This document shows, in pieces, positions 13,862 through 30,285 of a stretch of 64,000 bases of DNA. The first letter of the stretch is position 1; every line of letters begins with the position of its first letter. This DNA is from Owenia fusiformis. Its lineage: Eukaryota. A model generated the notes under the pieces. That model searched no databases. It saw nothing but the letters and a program-made list of their open reading frames with translations, and was not told the DNA's origin. The translations under genes and the position numbers were made by a program. The stretch spans positions 38,812,001 through 38,876,000 of the forward strand of contig CAIIXF020000001.1 of NCBI GenBank assembly GCA_903813345.2, written 5' to 3'.

Positions 13862-14974
13862 TGTTTATTACTAAGTTCAACTACAGTGCAAGTTGGAACT
13901 AATCTGACACCAGCAACATTAACCAAAGACTAATATACCCATGGTGTGTGGTTAGATTTGACATGTACTGTACCTATATACACATATTATATAGAGCACA
14001 TCACTATGCAACTTCATCACAATGCCTGCAAAGTATTAACAAAAAAAGTCAAATCTTTGTGTAACAAAATCAATGGGGAGTGGGGAAGGGTGTTATAATC
14101 TACAAGGTGAAAAATGTTTGTGTTATCAATTTGTATGTTCAATTTAACATGTTTAAAGTCCTTAGCCTTATGCATTCTTAGCCTTATGCCGAAGAAAGTA
14201 TTATCAAAATGTACAATCATGCATGTAAAACAGTAAATTGCCAGTATTTATTTAAAATCCAACTTTAAAAAGTATTACTACCATGTGGCATTTTAGTTTT
14301 TTGTATTGTTAAGTGACCATCCAAAAGATGGCAACATATTGTTATGGTTGCATTGATACAGATTAACCATGACAGTTGACATGAAACTCAAACAGTGAAC
14401 ACATATTGACACATTCATATTTTGAAGATATAAATGTAATGTATGTTTCAAAGATGATGGAATTTTGTTACGCTGTAACCTGGTAACCTTTAGTTTTGTG
14501 TAAAATTTTGAGGATACAAATTGTGCCAAGAATCTACAAAAAATACAATCGATATTACAATCAAAAATTGCTATAAATTGAATAATCAATGTTAACATGA
14601 TTGTGTATATTTAAATGGATATTATGTACTAATAAAAATGCACTTTCATAATCCTATACACCTCATAAGAACAATGCCAAATCTGAACCAATCAACTTTA
14701 TATACTGTAAAGATGTTATCTAGTCACATTTCTATTTGTAAGAATCATGCATTTAACTGTACAGTATTGTGAACTTGGCACTCCATCATATAATATTATG
14801 CAAATAAATTCATTATATACATTACTTCAATAAAGATTTGATTTTGTGCAATCTTTAGTTAGTAACACCTGGAGGAATGAGCCTTTTGTGCTGTCGATTT
14901 CAGACAGTCATCAAAATATGTCCAAGGCTTCCAACTCTGTCCCATTACTTTTTATTTAAGAAATATAGACCGAA

Positions 14975-15103
14975 GAGCAGGGGTAATATTGTCGAATACA
15001 CCCTGCAGGGCTAGGCACAAACGTTTTCTGTACCCCAAACGAAAGGTTCGAAAGCCTTTGTGCCTAGCCCGAAGGGGTGCATTTGACGATATTACACCTG
15101 CTC
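14975..15103. repeat. Long imperfect palindrome, part of an interspersed element (class uncertain, possibly Crypton-like)
   Basis: GAGCAGGGGTAATATTGTCG...GGGCTAGGCACAAA pairs with TTTGTGCCTAGCCC...CGATATTACACCTGCTC. Confidence 0.55.
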
Positions 15104-15603
15104 TAAGGTATATTATTACGATTCGAACATGAAAACTCACCAAAATGTTTCGAATAATCATAATGGTCCGCCATTTCTACGGCCCACCATTATGACGTCA
15201 CACATTACATGTATTACCAGGGGTTTTGTTCGCGAATATACCCCGGATGAAATGTTGACTTTGTTTACAGTTTATAGAAGGCGTGAATACAGTCATGTTG
15301 ACTTTAGTACATACCCTTTTAGTCACATTTATTATGATGTATTACAGTTAATGAAGCAAAATGATTTTGTTGATTCTTCTGATGATGAAGCCCAAAAAGG
15401 TGAAAACCAATGCTGTTTTCAGCTTCTTTTATGGTCACCCAAGTTGAACTTGAAATTGGCAACTCCACAGAGAGGAGCAAATTCCAACGAATACACTTAT
15501 GAATCTGTTTTGTCACAATGTAATAATTACCATCTGTTCTACTCTTGATTAAATTGGAAAATATTATGCACTAGAGATACCACAGATTTAAGTATTTGGG
15601 TGA

Positions 15604-15698
15604 CCATTCTCAAAATTCATTTCGTTCGTTGCCTACCTTCACTACCTAAGTAAGGCACAGGAGGTACGGATTGCACTGGACGAAAGGCTCGGAGACTG
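15604..15698 (-). mobile_element. 95-bp minimal non-autonomous element with 8-bp TSD (Zisupton-like), short relative of 48650-49470
   Basis: TTGGGTGA is duplicated at 15596-15603 and 15699-15706. The two halves match the two termini of the 48650-49470 element. Confidence 0.7.
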
Positions 15699-15759
15699 TT
15701 GGGTGACCATTAAGGAGTTTCAAAGGTACAAATCATAATGACAGTAAAATATTTGAAAT

Positions 15760-17161
15760 CTAATATACATGTAGTATAATATAACCATACTCTAAGTAAT
15801 ATCGAATTCCTGCTTCAGTGCTTGAGGCAGCCATTTTGAATTTTCTGAAGCATGAATCAGAAAAACTATAGCATAATATTGATGTACTTTAAAATTCCTT
15901 CAATTTAAGTACATGTATAATATAGCCAAATTAGCCATACTTTAGAGATCATAAAAGTATTGCCAAATTAGATGGCCATTTTGAATTTTTACGAGGCCTA
16001 AATCATAATAAAAAACTATACTATAATTGCAATCTACTCAAAATTGCCTGTCACTTGAGTATAATAAAGTTCAACTTCAGAAAATCTTAAGATTTTCACG
16101 AAAAATTCCCATAATTTTTAAAGCGGCGGCCATCTTAAAAACTTTTTTGCGTAAAGCTATTCACCAATATACACTCCCCTCCATAAGTTTGGGAACCTTT
16201 TTTCCCCCATTGAACTACGTGTTAAAGCCTCTTTACCTTTGAATTTTTATTTACTTAACCTGCGATGAAAATACTTATACTATTGATGGTAACGTAATTT
16301 GACTTTAATTCCAATACCTCCAAATTTTCTCAATTTTTTTCATCAATTACAATAGGTCGAAAATTGATGATAAATTTGATGAATTTTGGAAAATCGACAT
16401 TTCCATGTTAACCAATGGGAAATGGTAGGTTTGCCGCAAGTCATATATACAGAATATCCATCCATCCGAGTCCTTGCAAAAAATACGAGTTAGGCAGGCA
16501 GTTGAATTTGCTAACTTTATTGAACAAAAAATTGATATGTTTCTTCAGGTTCAACAAAGTTATAGGACTTTAAGTCAAAATTGTTTTTCAAAAAACGTCT
16601 CCCATTGAAATAACACAGTAGGCGAAAAATTATTTTCAAAAATGACTTTGAAGCGCTGTAACTTTAATATTCATCAAATAAACTTATCACTTAGTGTTAA
16701 AAAAAGTTAGACAATTCAATTTTATATATAAAAATATTTTTTGCTGAATCTTTTACTGAAAAGATATCCTGATTTCTGATTTGCCCCGAACCCTCCATTT
16801 CCCATTGGATTACATGGGAATGACGATTTTCAAAAATTCATCAAATTTATCATCAATTTTCGACCTATTGAAATTGAGAAAAAAAAACTGAGAAAATTTG
16901 GAGGTATTGGAAATAAAGTCAAGTTACGTTTCCATCAATATTTTAAGTTATTTCATCGCCGGTGAAGTAAATAAAAATTCAAATGTAAAGAGGCTTTAAC
17001 ACGTAGTTCAATGGGGAAAAAAGGTTGCCAAACTTATGGGGGGGAGTGTACATCTGTCTACCAAATGTGAAGAAAGTACATCCACAAGTTATCTTCCAGC
17101 CAGACAGACGGGTGGACAAAGGGCTTCACTATATCCCTACCGAACTTCATTCATTGGAATA
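15760..17161 (+). mobile_element. Helentron-associated (HINE/DINE-1-like) element, interrupted by a Tc1-like MITE
   Basis: Shares GCCATTTTGAATTTT cores and the 3' end GGGCTTCACTATATCCCTACCGAACTTC with 26934-27710. The left boundary is approximate. Confidence 0.55.
16172..17048. mobile_element. Tc1/mariner-type MITE with long TIRs
   Basis: TA|CACTCCCCTCCATAAGTTTGG...CCAAACTTATGGGGGGGAGTG|TA. The inverted repeats extend more than 200 bp. Confidence 0.85.
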
Positions 17162-17573
17162 ATTATACACACCATGAATACTGGATACTTAAAAAAATCA
17201 GTACTCTCATATTAGCTATAACAAATAATTTTTTTTAGTGTTTATCTCCATTAAAATTTGGCAGGACATGGAAATGGTAAAGTAGAAAATATTACATATT
17301 GTATGAGCAACAGTGAACAGGGTGATAAAAAACACCACTATTAATTTTATACAATAAGATGGATTTTAAAGATTTTTTGCATAGTATGGGTACTGTTTAA
17401 TGCAGAAATGGTGTTCTTAAATTGCATCTATGATTTTAGGATGTGGAGTAACATTGTTTTCTGTCCAGGTATGGATGCCCTCGTGTGAAATTATCCAAAA
17501 ATGCAATTTTCAGAAATTGGGATTTCTGTCTTCGCCATTTTTATCTGGACAACCTGTATTTCAATATTCTATA

Positions 17574-17802
17574 CTGTAAATTGCTTTAATTTGGCGCTAT
17601 TCAATTTGGCAGATTTACTTTCATCCCTATAAGCTAAAATGTAATAAAAATGGGGTAACAATCAAAATATTGAAAGAATTCTCAATGAGACCATTGAGAA
17701 TTCTCAATGTGCCGGGGATTTTTTTTAAATTGCCGCACACTTAATTTGGTGGTTTTCATCAATCCCACTAAAAAGACCGTCAAAATTAAAAGCAATTTAC
17801 AG
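17574..17802. mobile_element. Small TA-flanked MITE (Tc1/mariner superfamily)
   Basis: TA|CTGTAAATTGCTTTAATTT...AAATTAAAAGCAATTTACAG|TA. Confidence 0.65.
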
Positions 17803-19750
17803 TATTACAATTTAGAACAAGGCATAAACATACAAAATGTCACCACCTGCCATTTGTGCCAAACACCATCTATTAAAAAGTTGGACACTATAACAACATG
17901 TCATCACTTGTGGTGGTGGCATAAAAATTAACAAATTAATGGGAGTAAATACCCCAAGGATAGAATTATTACTGGGAGGAAATTGCAGTTTCTACAATTA
18001 TGTTTTTTTTATTGGCTGAATATGCTTAAAACTGGATCAAAGTATTTTGTATTGAGAGTGGATATCAAGACAAGCAGTCAACAAACTAATAGAGTCATGG
18101 ATGATATCTAAATGTTGACTTATAAAATACGTAACCAACAAAGAATCTTTGGTGTTAGGTAGTTTTATTGATCATAGGCCAAAATACAGTTTAATTTCAA
18201 AAATTTCATACACTTTGTTAAGTCATTCATATCTCGCAATTCAAAGTTGGAACCTTTCATCGCCTGCCCAAGTTTTTTCGTTCACATTGTTACATATAAT
18301 CTTCTTAAACAAAGTGCATGCTTATCAAAAATTTTAAAAGCCATATTTCAAATTACTTCAATTTTACACTTTTGAATTTCTAATTGAGATACCTTTCAGA
18401 ATAACACTTTTACTTGTCGCTGAGATGTTTATACATTAATTTTAGCATACACCATTTTTTAAGCTCAAACAAACATATTTTACAACTATTTACATGATTG
18501 TGTAGTAGTTGTTGATGTTGAAACTAAAATGACATGGACAATGTACCTGGCCCCCAATGTTGCTCTTTGTGCTTACTCATTTAATCTGGTTTATTCAGTG
18601 GTTCTTTATTTTGTCAGGATCATATACCTAATGTAACCATTCCGGTCACTATATATGTTAATTTTTATTTTTATATTATTACTATCAACACCAGTTTAAA
18701 TAAAAACTGGCCATTTTTTATGAGGACACTGCTTGATAGTTCTAAGGACAGTGCCCTCTACGCAGGACAGATGTTGAATCCTGGTGTGCATGGTTGATGT
18801 ACTTACCATGCAGTTACAGAGCATGCTATACTCTGTAACTAAGGTGTCTGGAAGCTTAGGAATACAATAGTGATACCATGGAACCCCTTAGCAACCAGAC
18901 TGTTGTTGCTGTTGTTGTTGTTGCTGTTGCTGTGGACCCAGTTTCACAAATTCAAAGGATTTGAGAAACTGGGTCCTCTTCATAACCCACACTCACATTC
19001 ACACTTGATTTATTTTTTTTTGATATTTTTTAACTGGTCTTGTTTTTCTAATTGGAGTGGTTTGTGTAACCAACACCAATATCTTGTTTCATAGTAGCAT
19101 TATGCTTCATTTTCTAGTTCGGCACTTAGGCCTTCAGTGACATTGTTTGTCTTCATATATCATCAGTTTTTACATTATATACATCGTTATACATCATAAC
19201 TGTTTTAGCATACATGTTCATTACACTAGCTTTGGTAGCTTAGTTCTGTTTCATAATGGCTTTTGTAGCCTGGCTTGGGTAGCCTAGTTCTCATTATCAA
19301 ATTTCTCTCTTTGATTCTTAGTGGCTATCGTAGCCTAGTTCTTACTTTCATAATGGCTGTTATAGCCTAGTTCTTATTTCTACATGGCCCTCATAGCCTA
19401 GTTTGTTTCATATTCGTTATCATGGCTTTTACAGCCTATTTCATAAAGTTCATCAGACCAACACGGCCTCATAGTAGGCCACCATGGCCTCATAGCTAGA
19501 AAGATGTTAGTATCTAGGTCATATGTAATGTACTAATGTTGTTATAGTACACTTCATGTGAAGGATGTGCAACACATCAGACACACTGTAATCATTGAAG
19601 AACACACAATTGTGTTCAATCCCCCCCCCACACACACACACAACATGGCCCACACACATCCATCCATCTTTTTTTTAGGTATTTTAGGTATTTTATGTTG
19701 TTACAGTTAACATATTTGTACACGCAGCTTTGTACAGCTTCTATGTCATT

Positions 19751-19990
19751 GGCTGTTCAGCCTTATACTTGTGGCTTTTCAGCCTTATACTCGTGGCTTT
19801 ACAGCCTTATACTCATGGCTTCACAGCCTTTTACTCGTGGCTTTTCAGCCTTATACTCGTGGCTTCACAGCCGTATACTCATGACTTCACAGCCATATAC
19901 TCGTGGCTTCACAGCCTTATACATCATGGCTTTACAGCCTTTTACTCGTGGCTTCACAGCCTTTTACACATGGCTTTATAGCCTTATACT
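19751..19990. repeat. 22-bp tandem repeat, 11 units, each with a GGCT-N4-AGCC hairpin
   Basis: Consensus GGCTT(T/C)(T/A)CAGCCTTATACTC(G/A)T. Units start at 19751, 19773, 19795, 19817, 19839, 19861, 19883, 19905, 19928, 19950 and 19972. Confidence 0.95.
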
Positions 19991-22900
19991 CCAGTATAGA
20001 TGTTCCCCATTACCCACACACACATTCATACCCAATCAGACTTGATTTGAACTTTCACACAAATGTTTTATTTTTTTTTGGTACCGTTTAAGGTATTTTT
20101 ACTGGTATGTTTTTTAATGTATACTTGTCAATAAAGCCGCCTTATCACAAACAACTCGTGAACCTAAGCTATCCTACAAGATGAAATGCAGTCAATGGAT
20201 CTAGTGTGCTACAGGAGTAGTACAATACAGGGTCACCAAGATCTGTTGGATAGGGGCACAACACACTAATTGGAGGGCAAATAAAGCACCAAATTCAACA
20301 TACTAACTAGACATACAGAGTCCTTTGAGAAGAGACACAAATGTACATATCATTAGTCTTGACATTAACAGTAAAAACAAAACTTTTTAGCCTTACATTT
20401 TGGCACTAAGCAAGTCCTTTAACCTACCTTTTGGTTCTTGACAAGCTTCTTTGCCTTTCATTTTGACATATAGCAAGCTCCTTATAGCCTTCCTTTGGCA
20501 CTTAGCAAGCTTTTAGCCTTCTATTTTGGCATTCAAAAGTAATTTCACTAAAATTGACAGGACTAAGAGCATGACATAATGCTATTCCCCAAAACAAAAC
20601 CAACCCTCATTAACTTGAGACAACTGGATCATCACTCCTGAAGCAATAACTTGTTCTTGCAAGACTAAATCATGCCAGTCGATGTTAGCGTTTATACAAT
20701 CAACAGATGTCTCAGTTTTAACATGTTTTATATCTATGCAGAAAAGGGTGCTCCTAAATTACACACTGAAAGCAAACATACTCAATCTTAGAAATAAACC
20801 CTCATCTCAGAATCTACATAATTGTCCTTATCTATCAGAGTAGAAAGCATACATGAATGCACAAAAATCTCCACCGCTTTTCTGCATGTTTTGACATCAT
20901 TTGGTATCAAGTTGCCAGACAGTGGGAACCAGGTTTTCTAGCCAATTCATTGGACACAACAAACTCATTGGCCACCAACAAGGCTGACTGGAGATTATAC
21001 TCAAAATTGTCATCAAGCCTCTTATATAAACTAGATTCTGAAAGATTTCATTGCATACAAATAAAAGATTTACAAACTATGAATATCAGCTGCTCCACTG
21101 ATTCAACATCCCCAGTGTATGATAGCCTTGGCAGCCATGAAGGCGCTCTGGCATCCATGAAAGGCGCTCTAGGCTCCAGCAGCCACAAAAAAGGCGCTTC
21201 TCTACTCTTAGTACGGCATCCATTAGCCAACTAAGGTAAGCATTAACCAGGCAAACAAATAGGCACTACTGGCCTTTTAAAACACTTGAACCGGCATCAT
21301 TAGCCATTGATAGGCACTACTGGCCTCTTAATGGGCACTCATTTGCCCACTTACATTGTCATTTATAAAGCCTGTTAGAAGGGCATACACTTGCCCACAC
21401 TTGTTTCATCAGAACTATATCACACTCTGGGGGATCCATACTTTCTAGCCTGGTCAAAGGCCCTCAGCAGGACCGTACATGCAAACCTTATTTGTATACA
21501 ACTGTTCAGGGTAGACCAAATCATGAACGATTTGCCTCTCACAAAACATAATTTATATATCAAACCAAACAACATTTTGTAAGCACATTATGATTAAGAG
21601 CAATCTCGCCGTAGTCACTGTGGGCCAAATCAAAACTAATCAGATCATCATTTCATTAACTGAAAAAAGTAAAATCCTCAAAGAAATCGTTTGTTGAATA
21701 TGCGTGTACATGAACCCCTAAATATTCCAGTCAAGCCATAGACCATATACAGGCGATAAACTTGCCAATATTGAATGAAAGAGAAGAGACTGACCATTTC
21801 TCAAACCTGATCAACATTTTATCACAATTCAGATAACGATGAAACGGCACTCAATACAGTTGACTAAGAAGTGAAACCAAAAATACACAAAATCAAGTAT
21901 GACAACAATCCCAATGATGTCACAACATTTAGGTCCACATACACACAAGTGTTACATGAACATAAATTGTATGGCATGCCAATCTTGCTCCAGGGGGATC
22001 AGTCCTAGCTCCTGCTCTGGCTAGCTGCTGTGGGCAGGACCATAGAATTGCCTCATTCCTGGGGGTCTTACATGCTAGCTTGGTTCAAGGCCATCAGCAA
22101 GACCGTCATTATAGATGACATAACAGATAAGAGATTAACCTAACCCTCATACAACAATGGTAATTAATCAAAATATGTAGATTCTGAGATAATCATTGCC
22201 CATATCCAACAAGTTCAAAACAGATCGAGAAAACGCACGACAAGAGCATGCTTCACGACAACAATACCTTATCTTATTCCTCAATAGAGTCGTATTACTC
22301 CTGCCCATGCTAGGAGCTTCATAATCAACATCACATCACATGATGTGCTGAATTTTAATCACATAAGTCAACATAAATATCATCAATACGTTTAAGTTTA
22401 AGATGCAACTCCGACCCATGTAAGAGTACACTTATCAATATTTGGTGGGAGCTTTCGTTTGGACCAGCCCTATAGAACATCCTTGACTGCCGACACTGCT
22501 GAGAAGGTCAAGTGTTAACAACTCATACAAGTATATGAACCACCAAACTAAAATCATAATAGAGATGAATATCCAGCATGTTAGACCCACAGATAAATTG
22601 AGTCATGAATCAGTAAAATACTGTAATTCTTCTTCTTCTTCCTCCTCTTCCACCTGAACCACTGAATAAACCAGATATATTGTGTATGTGGCTAATCCCT
22701 CCCCCCAGTTGTACCTCCCCCAGTGTGTCCAGGCCTACATCAGACTTTGAACAAACATCACATTTGAATTTTCTCCAGTATGTAGCCATATACACAACAT
22801 TGACGTGGGGGTACTGTTCTGCATATGACTGAATGAAGACCTTTCCCAATATCAACTATCCTACATGGCAATCAAATCTCCAGTATGAATGCTAGTTTAG

Positions 22901-23677
22901 TAGGCCACATACAAAACCAAGATATTTATAGTTTTGAGATTGCTTTTTCGTATTGTTATGTATCTGGCCTAATTGAAGTCCCTCCCCCACATGTCTGAAT
23001 GCCCAACATGTATTGCTTGTCCTCATGCTTCATCAGTCAAATGCAGATCAATCCATGTACAAATATCCTTCCCCAAATAATAGCAATATCCTCAAAGGAG
23101 CCAATGGTACTTTAGCACTATTTTTAGGATTTTTTGTTTTACTATTTTTATGGTACATTTCTTTGTAGTGTATGCCATCATTTTCAAGTAACATCAAACT
23201 TGAATCTCCAAATCTAATATATACTGATTTTCGCTGACATATACTACAAAGATCCGTTTTGATTTTTTCTACAATTGTAGCAGCAATTGAATTAGTAAGA
23301 GTTCAATCATACAGCTAAGTCAATAATGACAACAACAATAGCCAACACATTTAGATAAGGGTGACAGTCTCCCAAAGCAATGGCAGCTAGGATATAACAT
23401 GAAACCAACATGTCTGTAGCACTTGCAAACACACAAAGTATCTGCTTCATCATCATCATCATCGTTTTGCTGCAATTGCTCTAGAATACTACAAGTTAGA
23501 AGAACCGTTCCTGTACAACCCTTATCTCTCTTTTAACTACACACACTGTTGCTGTCATACTGACCTCAGCACCATCTTTGTTAATTGTAGTTGCAATTTA
23601 CGATTTTTTTCTGTATGTCTTTTACTTAATGTTTTTTTTCTCTTTTTTTTGTATAGTTCATTCATAGTTGCGAGTGT

Positions 23678-29602
<5,925 letters not shown>

Positions 29603-29679
29603 CTAACTTTACAATTTAGTGAAAGTCCAAACAGAAAATTTTCAACAAAAATGGCGTCGCTGAATTTTCCTACGATTTT

Positions 29680-29803
29680 CAGTGCTTCTTTTTTCCTTTT
29701 TTTGAGGGCCCTTTCGTCCGATCAGATGTTCCTGTTAACAGGTTTTGACGATTTTTTTGTCTTTTTTTATATTTTTATAATTTTTTTGTTTATTTTTATA
29801 TAA
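29680..29803 (-). promoter_or_regulatory. A-rich tracts in the PABPC 5'UTR (candidate autoregulatory sequence)
   Basis: Multiple T6-T8 runs on the plus strand correspond to oligo(A) tracts in the mRNA leader, as in the known PABPC1 autoregulatory sequence. Confidence 0.65.
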
Positions 29804-29856
29804 AGGTGTTGTGTGATTGAAAAAACTTTCACACAACACGTGTAACTGCAACTACG

Positions 29857-29894
29857 AATGAAAGGGACGAAATGGAGCTCCTTCGGTATTTATA
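29857..29894 (-). promoter_or_regulatory. PABPC core promoter: TATA box plus polypyrimidine (TCT/5'TOP-like) initiator
   Basis: Minus-strand TATAAATA at 29894-29887. TCCCTTTCATTC follows, with the C at 29864 exactly 30 nt downstream of the first T of the TATA box. Confidence 0.7.
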
Positions 29895-30285
29895 TGACCG
29901 GACTACTTTTAGTAAAAATATAGTTCCTTCGTTTAAAAACAAATCATATTCTCTTTTGAATCAGGAAAACACAAAAAAAATATTGTTCTCGATTCAAATG
30001 ATTTCAAGAAATGTTTCGATTTATTGTTAACGAAGCAGAAACAGCAAAATTCAAATGAAAATCAATCTGCAAGAACGAGGTAATAAAATTCTAACATTCT
30101 GCCATCTTTATATCGGGCCAAAACCTATTTTGTTATAAGGACCTTTCATGTACCCTAAGCCCGACCCTGAGCCAGAGAATATAAACGCATGTCAAAGGGA
30201 ATGTGACTAAAAAAAACTTTAAAGAAAAATTGAAAAATTGATAGCCAATACTCATAACATCAAAAAAAAAATTTTAACACTAGAC

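Noticed and set aside
18870..19094. ORF with a poly-Leu signal-peptide-like stretch
   Set aside because: It arises from a TTG/CTG microsatellite, starts at GTG and has no other coding evidence.
19695..20091. Overlapping ORFs of 62-116 aa in the 22-bp array; array also considered as CRISPR or histone stem-loops
   Set aside because: The ORFs are by-products of a stop-poor repeat. There are no unique spacers or cas genes. The plus-strand GGCT-TTTC-AGCC has only a 4-bp stem, versus the 6-bp histone stem-loop, and no histone gene is nearby.
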